Source: a virus. From it: a stretch of DNA of 64,000 nucleotides. Positions 1 through 10,613 of this stretch are shown here, in pieces. Under the pieces are notes generated by a model, which worked only from the letters and a program-made list of their open reading frames with translations, was not told the origin of the DNA and ran no database searches. The DNA lies in UHGV virus genome UHGV-0213541, one strand, 5' to 3'. Within the stretch, counting starts at the first letter, position 1. The number at the start of each line of letters is the position of its first letter. The position numbers were made by a program, and so were the translations under genes.

Positions 1-12
1 ATTCCTCCTTAT

Positions 13-486
13 ATGCTAAATAGGATGTGTAAATATATGCCACAGTTTTTAATAGACATATGGAATAATACATTTATAGGATTTAGTTTATTCAGCGTCA
101 TATCGTGTATTGAATTTGTCTTAACCATCATTTCTCTCTATAAAATAGGCCGTGTTGATAAAAATATCGCCATTACAAAAGAAATTATGCGTGCGGAGCC
201 AGAAATACAACAAGCAATCAGCGCTATTAAAAAAACTCTAAAAAATGTAAAACTTAACAGTTCAATGCAGGAAGCAACTGTATATGTCAACAACATTTAT
301 CAGACTTTATGTTCAATTTCTGAAAGACTGGATGTTTTAAAAAAGACTTCAGAACACGAAAGTATTGATGAATTTCTCAAAAACTGGACACTGTTCTATA
401 CAAACCCTACTAATAGCGATTACACGGTTGAAAACTGTATCAGAGATTTAACAAAAATTCAGCATGACTTAGAGAGGTTGCTTTAA
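13..486 (+). CDS. Hypothetical protein with N-terminal TM segment and coiled coil; AT-rich cargo antisense to the tape-measure intron
   Basis: 157-aa ORF, hydrophobic stretch FIGFSLFSVISCIEFVLTIISL, AT-rich relative to the structural genes. Confidence 0.6.
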   Translation: MLNRMCKYMPQFLIDIWNNTFIGFSLFSVISCIEFVLTIISLYKIGRVDKNIAITKEIMRAEPEIQQAISAIKKTLKNVKLNSSMQEATVYVNNIYQTLCSISERLDVLKKTSEHESIDEFLKNWTLFYTNPTNSDYTVENCIRDLTKIQHDLERLL

Positions 487-487
487 T

Positions 488-940
488 ATGTTTTTTGAAC
501 AAGCTGCTCATTTTTTAACAAGCATCACCGTATATACGCATCGCAGTAAATGTCGCTGGTATCGCTACCCTGCCTCATACTTATATGACAATCCCGTTGC
601 AAGAATGTTTATAAAAACAAACGAAGCAGAACTTGGGAAGTTAGACATTACGAATTCTTATTTTGTACAGCAAGACTGTGGTTTTGTATACTTCTTTTCA
701 TTTGGCAAAAAAAACAGGATGCTTTGTATACAGCAAGCAATAAATCTTCCACTCATAGAAGTTGCTCAGGAACAAAATTCTGACATAAAAATACTTGAAA
801 CAGAAATAGTTCGATATATAGACGAAGAAGAAGGTCAGCCATGGGGCACTTATAATTTCTTTAGTCATATATGTCCCAATGAACCAGAACCAACAGATGA
901 AGAAATTGAAGAATTAGGTGTTTCTCCGTTTGAAAAGTAA
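488..940 (+). CDS. Hypothetical protein, coupled to the upstream ORF
   Basis: 150-aa ORF starting 1 nt after the previous stop; acidic C-terminus. Confidence 0.6.
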   Translation: MFFEQAAHFLTSITVYTHRSKCRWYRYPASYLYDNPVARMFIKTNEAELGKLDITNSYFVQQDCGFVYFFSFGKKNRMLCIQQAINLPLIEVAQEQNSDIKILETEIVRYIDEEEGQPWGTYNFFSHICPNEPEPTDEEIEELGVSPFEK

Positions 941-1073
941 GTGCCCATGTGGGTCTACAAATACCAAGAAGATATTCGGCATGGCTAAAGCGGCGTCCGT
1001 GGGGCTGTTTAGTATCTTCTCCAAAAAGGTTAAGCCCCAATTCCACTGCAACTCCTGCGGCTATGAATGGTAA
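939..1073 (+). pseudogene. Remnant 3' end of a zinc-ribbon protein gene (KCPCGSTN...GLFSIFSKKVKPQFHCNSCGYEW*)
   Basis: Manual translation; no start codon; first CxxC has lost a residue (CPC); a second degenerate copy lies at 1369-1404. Confidence 0.6.
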
Positions 1074-1091
1074 GATTTGTGAGGTATCTCT

Positions 1092-1340
1092 ATGTCTCAT
1101 CAAGAACAGCACTACGCTGGTATCCATTACCACAATGTCTTAGATGTCGGTTTCTCGTGGAAAGACCACCCGCCGCGTCCATTTAATTCGTACTTCCCCG
1201 GTGCGATAACGCGAACCGAATTCAAGAACTGCCCCGTGTGCGACACAAAAATGCTGACCTATATGCATTATCCAATCGAGAAGCGTATACGTGCTGTGTG
1301 GCAATGCAAGGTGTGTAACAGACTGTTTGTATTCATCTGA
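1092..1340 (+). CDS. Small zinc-ribbon protein
   Basis: GAGGT SD; CPVC...CKVC motifs. Confidence 0.6.
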   Translation: MSHQEQHYAGIHYHNVLDVGFSWKDHPPRPFNSYFPGAITRTEFKNCPVCDTKMLTYMHYPIEKRIRAVWQCKVCNRLFVFI

Positions 1341-1412
1341 GATGTATTTTTTGCAGAAGGTCAAACATCAATTCCACTGTAACTACTGCGGGCATGAATA
1401 GTAATAAAATAG

Positions 1413-1452
1413 AAAAAGCCGCCATGCGTTAAAACATAGCGACCTTTTGTTT
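1413..1452 (-). terminator. Intrinsic terminator between convergent cargo genes, probably bidirectional
   Basis: - strand AAAAGGTCGCTATG-loop-CATGGCGGCTTTTT; T-runs on both strands. Confidence 0.6.
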
Positions 1453-2013
1453 TTAGTTATCATCATTATCTGACGGTATAAGATAATCTTTTACTTCTGA
1501 ATTCGTAGGATAACCAACAATAATACTTTTAATATCAGATATATGAAAAACTATAATATGTGATGGCTGTTTATCTACTACCTCATTTCTATCATCATAT
1601 TCTGTAAAATTACTTATAGCAAAAAGTCCTTCGTCTTTGTCCTGACTTTTCCTGCAGTAAACTCCAGAATAATAATGCGTGTCTGAATTTAACTGTACAA
1701 TTATGTATGTGCCGCTTTCAGTATCTAATAAGTCATCCCAAATTGAACGTGCAGGTGAATAGGCGAATCCGTCTTTTAACGCAGTTTTTACAGATACATT
1801 TTTCAATATGAAATGTATTACGACTGCTATAAAAATAGCCACAGCGACGTTTATAATTGGATTGCTTCCGAAATAAGCAAGTAAATAACTAAAAGCCAAA
1901 GAAAATACTATATAATGTTCAATCAACTTTATTTCTTGTAAGGAACAGAAACACCAAATACCAATAAAGCCCGGTATAAAATAAAGTAAGACCATTGGTA
2001 TTGCTGCAACCAT
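1453..2013 (-). CDS. Membrane protein (DUF6338-like: three TM helices plus soluble beta domain)
   Basis: IPGFIG...SIWDD...YSGVY pattern; SD GAGGTG lies just upstream of an in-frame ACG at 2037. Confidence 0.6.
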   Translation of the reverse strand: MVAAIPMVLLYFIPGFIGIWCFCSLQEIKLIEHYIVFSLAFSYLLAYFGSNPIINVAVAIFIAVVIHFILKNVSVKTALKDGFAYSPARSIWDDLLDTESGTYIIVQLNSDTHYYSGVYCRKSQDKDEGLFAISNFTEYDDRNEVVDKQPSHIIVFHISDIKSIIVGYPTNSEVKDYLIPSDNDDN

Positions 2014-2046
2014 ATCGTTAATTTTAGTTATATCCGTAAAATCACC

Positions 2047-2205
2047 TCATTTATCATTGCCAACATTTCCTTTTTTCATAGTATCTACTGTTTTAACGTC
2101 TTTGTTTTTAGGCGCAACAGTATAATTACGAAAATTTCCAAAATGTTCTGTTGCTGTATCGATGTGAATTTCTTTATTACTATCGTTTTTATTATTCTGA
2201 GCCAT
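2047..2205 (-). CDS. Small hydrophilic protein (52 aa)
   Basis: AAGGAG SD before ATG 2205; extended -10 TGATATAAT upstream; the longer 2466 ORF overlaps the ribozyme core. Confidence 0.55.
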   Translation of the reverse strand: MAQNNKNDSNKEIHIDTATEHFGNFRNYTVAPKNKDVKTVDTMKKGNVGNDK

Positions 2206-2572
2206 ATTGTTAGCAACTCCTTTATTTATAATAAAAGAAATTATATCATATAGATCAAAATAATGTTGCACAAATTTCAATGACAATATATGTGCATTTT
2301 TTATAACCTTCTCGGGGCTTTCCCACGATGTTCTGACTGTCTTTCCTCCCATCCGGCCTAAACCGTAGAATAGGGCTACCCATACAGTCGATGAACCAGA
2401 ATCCCAGAGGTCACACCCTCCATCTGTGCAGTAAGCTGCACGGGTCTCCGGCTGCTGATTAAGCATTGTTTGTGCGACTTAGCACTGCCGCCGCATAAGC
2501 TGACATAAAATATTAAAGCCCGCCGTCATTATGACAGCGGGTAGTTTTTTCGCCGTAAGTGCCGCCCTACGG

Positions 2573-3001
2573 TTATTCTTTTGTAAAATCGAGGTTGCGC
2601 TTGGATGGATACTCCATAGTCAATACCATGTGACCGCTTGCGCTGGTAATGGCAAAATCACATTTACTTAGGATATCCATACCGATAATAACATCATAGA
2701 AAGCGTCCCCTTTATTGTAGGAACCGGCCTCTATGTCCCCACAAGGAATTGTATTGTCTATCATGATATTAACTTCGTAACAATCAACCTCTTGCTTTAC
2801 TCCACCTACTACACTGTAAGGAACTTTTCCAAGTGACGGTAAAGACATTTTTTCTGCAAGTTCTTCAGAGATGCAAGTGTGGGAACAACCAGTGTCTATT
2901 ATACCCATAACAAGCGCACGAGTGAAATTAGCATACACATTAACCAATACACCAATCGTAAGAGAACCTTCTGGAATATCGTTAAATGTGTACACAGCCA
3001 T
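2573..3001 (-). CDS. Retropepsin-like (clan AA) aspartyl protease
   Basis: GIIDTGCSHTCI catalytic motif and C-terminal IIGMDIL motif. Confidence 0.85.
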   Translation of the reverse strand: MAVYTFNDIPEGSLTIGVLVNVYANFTRALVMGIIDTGCSHTCISEELAEKMSLPSLGKVPYSVVGGVKQEVDCYEVNIMIDNTIPCGDIEAGSYNKGDAFYDVIIGMDILSKCDFAITSASGHMVLTMEYPSKRNLDFTKE

Positions 3002-3003
3002 TT

Positions 3004-3279
3004 TTATTTCTCCTTTATTATAACGCCAAAATCTGCTCTTTTAATACCAAAATACTTACATGGATCAATGATATTTGTTTGGCAGTACAAAGCACCAGGA
3101 GCATCACTATTAGGCATATCGCTAAAGGACGAACCAACTGCAACAACTCTGCAATCAACAATCAAAAGTAATTTTCCATTGTACTTCTGATTTAGTTCAT
3201 CTCCATGCTTTTCAGACCAACGAATATTTTTCCGCACAAGTATTTTGTTGTGGATTTTTTTAATCATTTCCTTAATCAT
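3004..3279 (-). CDS. DUF5678-like protein, the usual upstream partner of retropepsin-like proteases
   Basis: W...H.DEL.QKYNGKLLLIVDCRVVAVG pattern; GGAGGTG SD before ATG 3279. Confidence 0.65.
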   Translation of the reverse strand: MIKEMIKKIHNKILVRKNIRWSEKHGDELNQKYNGKLLLIVDCRVVAVGSSFSDMPNSDAPGALYCQTNIIDPCKYFGIKRADFGVIIKEK

Positions 3280-3552
3280 ACCACACCTCCACCTACAAAT
3301 CAATCACCCGCCCTGTTTTTGGCACCGCACAGGGCAAGCGGCCTTTAATATCTTATGTCAACTTACGCAACTACAGCTTTTCTCTCAGCATATCGCATCC
3401 GTGTTGTTGTTTCCGCCTTTCGGCACCGTCACAATGGGTTACTCCACTGTTTTTGTCACACGGCTCTTAGCCTTTCCCAGCAATTTGGGTATTTTGTACA
3501 CCAAGGTTGCATCCTACGCAGCTATTCCCGTTGCGTAAAAGGGCATATTTTT

Positions 3553-6500
3553 ACCGGCCTTGGTATTTGTCATAGATGCAATCGCAGACAACGCTGTTGC
3601 AATCGTCGGCATTGCATCTCCTGCTTTAACTAATCCGTCCGCGAAATCAAGTGCGGCGGTTCCTAAATCGATAAAACCTTTAACAAGTCCACTATCAAGC
3701 ACATCAGACGAGAAGGACTGGAAGGTGGCTTGGAATCTGGACAGCTTGCCCTGCACCGAATCGAGGAACTTGGAGTTTTCGACCTCGGCAGAGTTGCTGT
3801 CAGTTGCAAGCGCATTCATAACCTCGTCAAGCTCTTTGTAGTTCTCGATCAAAGCAGCAACAGCGTTGGCATTTCTCTTGCCACCCATGAGTTCGAGAGC
3901 TGCGCTGTGTTCCTGATCCGACATTTCTGACCATGCTGCGCCCATTTCTTTAATGATCTCGAACGTAGACTTATAATTTCCCTGTTTATCAAGAATATCG
4001 ACTTTCTGGTGAGACAGCGCATATAGTGAAGCTCTCAGTTTAGAAGTCGTTTCGGCCATGCCTTCAGCACTTTCACCGGTTGCTTCCAACTCGGTTTTCG
4101 TTGCACGAAGATACATAGACACTGTTTTTAGTGTTGTACCCACAGTTTCTGGATTTTGAACAACACGGTTCATGGCCGTAGCCAGCGCAATGCTCTCTTC
4201 CAGTGTATTGTTAGCACTCTTTAATGCGGCTCCACTCCGATTGATAGCCTCCCCGACCCCATCCGTAGAAATGGCAAATTTGTTACCAGCGGTATTATAC
4301 TCATTAACAATTCGCATAACATCGTCAGCTTCTACGCCAAATGCCTGCATAGAAGAAATAACCATGGAGCTTGCGTCGTCTATGCTACTGATACCATCGC
4401 CGACATTTTTCAGAAGCAAAGCGGCATCGGAAACTTTTTCAGCATCATCAATATTAAAGCCAAGACGTGCAAAATCTGCTGTACTATTGATAACGTTTGT
4501 CAAGCTAGTGCCAAGTGTTTTTGCACGAGTTCCAGCATCCTCCATAAATTGAGAATATCTGGCGCTCGTCTCATCCGTAACCTTCTTCAGCTCGGTCATG
4601 GCGCTGTCAATGTCCACAACATTCTGATACACCTGACGCAGTCCCTGCTGGAACGCATTGATCACCTGATTTGCCAGCTGGCTCTTGATGTTGACCTCAA
4701 ACAGTTTCTTGAGCTTAACAGCTAAAGTGTCCGTTTCCAGCCCAGCATCCTGAATCTCTTTTTTCAGAGTAGACCATGCCTTGGACATTTCATTGGCGTT
4801 GTCTTTTGTAAACTCTTTAGACTCAATCTTTGGCTTCCACGAATTAAAGAAGTCCGTAAACTTAGCATAAGCTTCCACATTCTTGGAGATAGCACTATTA
4901 TTATTAAAATAACGCTCTGCAGTATACATTGTATTCTGCATGCTCTTTCCCCAAGAGTTCTCGTTCAGCTTTGCCTGTTGTTCATCGTTGAACTCCTTAG
5001 CACTCTGCTTTGCCTGATTGATCCTGCGGCTTACCAATGCCATAAACTCGGCAAGATTCTTAGCTGCTGTACCGGATTCCGACAATTCATTAGCAAACTG
5101 CTGGAACACGCCAGTCAGCTGTGTATAATCTCCACTGTCAATGACATTTTTCAACGCATCACGGATACCAACATACCCAGTAGAACTATCACCGTTCATC
5201 AGGCGCATAAAGGCCGAATCATCAAAGCCTTTATCGCGTGCGTTACCAAGATTGTTTTTATAAGCATTCATCGCCTTATCAATCTCGGTGATTCTGGAGT
5301 TCACATTATTGTATTGGTTTCGTAAAGAATCATCCGCCTTATTCTTGGCACTGTCCATCTTTGATTCCAATTTGTTCATAGCTGTGGTCAACTGTACTAT
5401 AACTGTATAGTATTCTTTTGCTACATTCACATTATTGGGATCAAACATTGCCTGCCCGCGCAGTTCTCTGGCTTTTCCTAACAGATCTTCAATAGACTTT
5501 GCAATATCTTGCATTTCTGCATTTGGCTGTATGTTTTTAGAAAATTCATCATATCGATTCAACAGGTCGTTTGCTGCTTTTCGCTTTTCTGTCGCATTGT
5601 TAATGTTTTCTTGCGCGTTTTCAAACTTCTCTGCTGCATACGATGCGTCAACAAACTCTTTTCTTACATATGTAATAATATCGGCTAGACTGTTCAAACC
5701 ATATCCAGCAGCTGTTGCCTTTGTACGCATATCCGTGAACAACTTGCCAGACAAAAATTCTTCGACATCACGCTCAGAACTAATATTGCTTATAGCAGCA
5801 ATGACTTCCTGAATATTCGTGACAAAATCCTTGCTGCTTTGCAATCCTGCACCAATACCAGTATTGTTGTTAAATCCAGCAAGCAAGCTCTGTAACGAAC
5901 CAACAACTCGATCTTTATCTCCAAGCTGCGTTGCAAAGTCTTTTTGCAAACTATCACTTACAGAATACCCAGCCTTCTGTATTTTTGTTTCCAAAGCATC
6001 GACCGATTTTCCAAGCCTTTGGATTGCATTGTCGTATTCTTCAACAATAGCAACATTGCTGGAGTCAGCAATTACTTGTCCACGTAATTCGCGTGATTTT
6101 TCCAACAAATCAGATACAGAATTTGCAAGGGCTACAATTTCAGATTTTGCGGTGTTAGACGAAGCGTAACTATTGTATTTATCAAGTACATCGTTGGCCT
6201 TCTTTCTGGTTCCTGTTGCGCTTACCATTTTTTTATCAAAGGCAATAGATTCTTTTTGCGTACCAGTAACAGTCGCCACCCTGCGCGTAGCTGCCTTAGT
6301 AGGCTGACTGATCTTCCCAAGCTGCTCTGTGATTGCATCATTGATAACTTTTGCAAAGTCGGTCATGTTGACCTTGTCAGCAATACCCTGCAGCTTCAGC
6401 AAGCCTGCCATACTTGCCTGGATGCTATCAGCAGCAGCATTCAAAGAGTCAAAGACAGTGACAAGCTCGTTGAACGCATTGACAATCGTATCCTTATTAC

Positions 6501-9138
6501 CCTGTACCGTATCAGATTTAGCCGTAATAGCGTCAACTTTTGCTTGCAACGCGCTCGTGTCCTCAAGCACCGCGACAACCTGCTTCAGCACATATTCAAT
6601 CGAGGCTGCAAACTGCTGCGCTGCTTGGCTGACCTCCTTATTGACATCCTGCTGCGTCGGGATCTTGTTTTCTTCAACAGATTTTGTCTTGGAGGTCGTT
6701 TTCTTTTTGCCCTTATCGGTGCTCTTTTTGCCAGTTTCTATCTTAGCCTTGCTGGCATTCTCGACCTGATCAAGAGCCTTATCAAGAGTCTGTGCGCTTC
6801 CTGCTAACTGTGCGCCGGTAGCAGCCACACCCTGCAGCTTGGCTACGATCTGACCCAGTGTTTCATCAGTGGTATCCAGTGCCGCAATAATCTGCTCAGC
6901 AGCAGCCTGCGCATCTTTTACATAGCTCTTTGCTCTGGTGACAGGGTTCGTTGTTTTTGCCTTGTTCTTTTGCGTGTCCTTGTTAGATTTATCGCCCTGA
7001 ACGATGGTTGTATCATTCAGAGTCTTACCAACAGCGCTAATGACTACAGCTTCCTCAGTGAAAAATTTCGTAAGACTGCTAATCGCATCTTTGTAAATAT
7101 CGACGCCTGTTTTCAGCCCATCAAGTGCGTCCTTATACTGTTGCAGTGTGCCGCCGACATCTTTGAGCTTGGCATTATCCGATGTTAGTTTATTTACAAA
7201 GTTGGTAATCGTAGTCAACAGTGCTTTCAGCTTGGAGACTTCCATCTTGCTCATGGCATTGGCAAGTTCCTCTGCGTCGGATTTTGCGCTGTTTGTATTC
7301 GATTGAACACCCTGTTGCGCGGCCTCAAGCTGCTTGACAGACGACATGGCCTCTTTCACCATATCATCAAGGCGCGTTTTCTCATTTTTCGCGGTTGTAA
7401 TAATCTCTTCTTCGACTTTAAGAGTACCACGTTTAGCCAATGTCAAACTGGTTTGCCGCTCGATGATCTGATTCATTAAAGTGAGCAGTGCATTGCCAGC
7501 TTCAATGTCCTGCGTAGTCAACTGACCAAAACTGATCTTTTCAAAGTTCTGCGAAGTCATATCACTGATGTCGGAAATGACCTGATCGATGCCAATAGAT
7601 ACATTTTTGATGTTGTCGATGAACTTAGAATAAATATCAGCATTCATCTTCTTGCTGACATTACCATCAATATCGTTCATCGTCTCATCAAGTTTCTGCA
7701 TGACGTTCAGAACCGATTCAACGCGCTGACGTGTAGAATCGTCCAGCTTACTCGTGTCTATACCGGAGAACATAGACTTGATGCTTTTAGAAAATTCTTC
7801 GATCTTGCTCTTGTACGTACTCATGTACATCAAGAATCCGGTATCATAATCCGTCTCAGTTTTTGCCGGTGTAGAAATAGCTGTCTTTAAACCAGACTGA
7901 ATCTCAGTGGCGATGCTGATGACACTATCCTTCATCTTTTCAGCGTCGTCTTCCACTTCTTTCTGAGTCTGTTTCAGCGTACCCTTCATAATACCGCTGG
8001 CAACTTCGCCAATTTGTTTGGCACTGCCCTCTACAGTTTCGCGGGCAATCTCACCGCCACGTTCGTACATGGTTGTCTGTATATTAGACAACACCTTGTC
8101 AAACTCAGCGCCGATATCCTTGGATCCACTGGTGAGAACAGTCATGATCAGGTTAAAGTCGTCAGAAATATTCTTAGCGTAGATCTTCAGCGCGTCTTCA
8201 TCGTCGGTCTGGTTTACAAGTTCTACATTGGACCCAATGTCGCTATACAACTTTTGGATCGTATCTTTGATTAGCCTGCCGCCAATTTCATACTCTTTAG
8301 AAATGTCAGAAAAGACGTTCTTGTCTCCAAACTTGCTTGCGTACATTTTACGCAGAAAATCTGCAGCCTGATCGCTCTTTGCACCTTTACCGTTGTAATT
8401 TTCAAAAACATCAGCACCAATATCCCTGTCATACTGCTCGTAAAGGTCTTTCATCATATCTACAATGACCTGAGCATCACTGTCTTTGATCTTTTTAATG
8501 GTATTTTTGATTTCAGCACCGGATTTTGTTGCAGCAGAAGTAATTGCATTCGTAATATTAGAAAATGCTTCTTTTACCTGCGACTCGTCAAACGCCTGTG
8601 TGTAATCTCCTGCGCTTAAAGTGTTTAGAATATCTTTCTGAACCTCGGCAACAACGGCCTTATTATTTGCAGCGGCCTTTTTCAGTGCAGACAGATTTTT
8701 CTCTTGATCTCGTAGCGTGTTGTATATAGGGTCTTCACGTTGGGCAGTCTGCATGTTTTTATTCATCATGCTAAAGGTTCTGCTCAACGCCAGAGTCTGT
8801 GTCATGACACTATTGTACTTATCCAGCGATTTAGTGTAGTTTTCCTGTGTGATATTGCCGGTTTTCAGCATGGTCATCACATCTGCCATAGCACCCTGAT
8901 ACAGATCCATCGTGCCAATGACAGTCTTGATAGACCCCATAATGTCAGCAGCATATTTATTCACGCCGCCTGCAATGGCGTTATAAATCCGCTTGGTCTG
9001 CTTATCAATGTTCGTAATATCAAACTGCGGGTCAACCTTGATTTTCAGTTTTTCACTCTGCTCAAGCGCCCGAATTTTTGTACTGACCTCTGATGTGTCA
9101 GGCATTACCTTCAGTTTGATTCTTAAATCCTCCGCCAT
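3553..9138 (-). CDS. Phage tail tape measure protein, exon 1 (1862 codons; the unspliced ORF runs 12 codons into the intron and stops at 3514)
   Basis: Long helical protein; TP901-type core DSAMTELKKVTDET...STADFARLG...VGTTLKTVSMYLR; last gene of the tail block. Confidence 0.9.
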
Positions 9139-9233
9139 AGTAACTCCTCCTTCAAAGCAGTCGGTTTGGCCCCTTTCACCAACGCCCGATAATTCAGGCG
9201 CTCATGACAAGGGCCAAAGCCCTCGTCCGGTTG

Positions 9234-9698
9234 TCAGTTGTCAGGAAATTCATTCTTTATCGACTGCAGTATTGCTTCGTGTACTTTCGTTCCTTTTTGA
9301 TGTACCTCTTTTTTCGCATGCAGCATATATCTTCGTCCTTCCAAGAACGGGGATCTGCCTTTTTTGCCAAAGAGCGGATACGCCCCCTGCTCAACAAGAG
9401 CTGTTAGCCCTTCAGATTGCGGAGAATACCCAGGAACAACGGGTGTATCAATCTCTGCTACGCTCCTAACTTCCAGCGTACAATCGCCATTTTCTGCTAC
9501 AATTTCCGATTCATCAGTCAAACTGTAGCGTCTGTCATATTCGCGTGGCTGATAAGTTTTGTACACTTCCTTCTGGGCATGATCTGCAACACATTTTTTT
9601 ACTTGCTTTGTGCATTTTCCCTGTAAAGCCTTATTGGTTCGCCGTCTCAGCTCTTTTTCCAAAGCAGCGAGGTTTGATATTTCAGTCGCCACCCGCAA
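9234..9698 (-). CDS. Putative tail completion / neck protein
   Basis: 154-aa basic ORF with VY..Y.P..Y.RR motif, next to the tape measure gene. Confidence 0.5.
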   Translation of the reverse strand: MRVATEISNLAALEKELRRRTNKALQGKCTKQVKKCVADHAQKEVYKTYQPREYDRRYSLTDESEIVAENGDCTLEVRSVAEIDTPVVPGYSPQSEGLTALVEQGAYPLFGKKGRSPFLEGRRYMLHAKKEVHQKGTKVHEAILQSIKNEFPDN

Positions 9699-10199
9699 TC
9701 ACTCCTTCTTCACAACATCCAGAACAACCGGCTCCTTGACCTTCTCCGGTTCTTTCCCCGTCAACCCCGCCTTCTTAGCAATCTCCACCAGCATATCCGG
9801 GTCGCTCAAGCTCTTGATGCCGCTGGCAATCTCCTCAAACGCCTCAGCCACACGGTCCAGCGGGTCAGGGTGGGCCACATTGCGGTAAACAACCATATAC
9901 TCCTCGCGGCGGTTCTTAATCTCCTCCTGGCAAGCCTCATACAGGCCAGCGGTGACCTCGGCAATGTCCGGGTGCTCTACAATTTCAATGCCATCACGGC
10001 TGTACACAAAATCACAAATGTCATCCTGGTCATTGCCAATCTTCTCCCATGCCTCCGGTGCAAAATACTTTACAACGCCAGCACGCCATGCATAATCAAA
10101 CAGTGCCGGAACATGGCGGTTCTCCACCTCGCAGCTGGCCACAACAAAATTCACAAAGTCCACGCGCTCCTGCACGGTGATATTCTTCTTGATTTCCAT
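9699..10199 (-). CDS. Hypothetical protein in the tail block, possible assembly chaperone
   Basis: Acidic ORF with SD; synteny only. Confidence 0.5.
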   Translation of the reverse strand: MEIKKNITVQERVDFVNFVVASCEVENRHVPALFDYAWRAGVVKYFAPEAWEKIGNDQDDICDFVYSRDGIEIVEHPDIAEVTAGLYEACQEEIKNRREEYMVVYRNVAHPDPLDRVAEAFEEIASGIKSLSDPDMLVEIAKKAGLTGKEPEKVKEPVVLDVVKKE

Positions 10200-10217
10200 A
10201 TAACAAACTCCCTTCAA

Positions 10218-10613
10218 TCAGCACTCTTTCCAGTGCTTTCCGCTTTTTTTGACCCAGAGCAAATTCTCCTCCGGGTACTTATACAAAAACATCTTGCGCT
10301 TCAATTTGGCCTCCGGCGTTGCCATACCCTTCACATCAATCACTTCGCTGCGCCCATCCTTATAAATAAGGTAGAAATCGCACACATAAGTAATTGCACG
10401 CACAGCTTTTCCATCGTGCCGGAACCCTGGCTGCAACACAAACGACTTTTGCAGTTCATACTGTACTATCTCCCCCGCCGCAGCCAGCGGCAGCACAACT
10501 TCCCGGTAATACTCCATCTCCGCCTTAGAGTCAAACACGATACCATCGTAAGTTCGGTCCTCCCGGGCAGACACATGATACTTAGACCACACCGAGAATG
10601 ACCTTCCCGTCAA
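10218..10613 (-). CDS. DUF1064-family PD-(D/E)XK nuclease
   Basis: SKY...DGIVFDSKAE..YY...ELQKSF.L...ITYVCDF...IDVKG...KLKRKMF. Confidence 0.85.
   Translation of the reverse strand: MTGRSFSVWSKYHVSAREDRTYDGIVFDSKAEMEYYREVVLPLAAAGEIVQYELQKSFVLQPGFRHDGKAVRAITYVCDFYLIYKDGRSEVIDVKGMATPEAKLKRKMFLYKYPEENLLWVKKSGKHWKEC

Larger units (their letters stand above)
1..3552 (-). ncRNA. Large group I intron (IC-like core) interrupting the tape measure gene; 3' splice site not identified, presumed beyond the left edge
   Basis: 5' exon ends ...AAG GCC GGU at 3553; P3 UACCCA 3486-3491 / UGGGUA 2377-2382; P AAAUUGCUGGGAAA 3473-3486; Q AAUCAGCAG 2452-2460; P7 GACUG 2385-2389 / CAGUC 2335-2339 in UUCAUCGACUG and GAAAGACAGUC; P9-like hairpin follows. 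Confidence 0.8.

Noticed and set aside
2206..2466. N-terminal extension of the 139-aa ORF as a real protein or as tape measure exon 2
   Set aside because: It overlaps the ribozyme core and a promoter; the SD-supported start is 2205 and the product is short and unlike a tape measure protein.
9234..10217. Programmed frameshift for tail assembly chaperones upstream of the tape measure gene
   Set aside because: No convincing slippery heptamer linking overlapping frames was found by eye.
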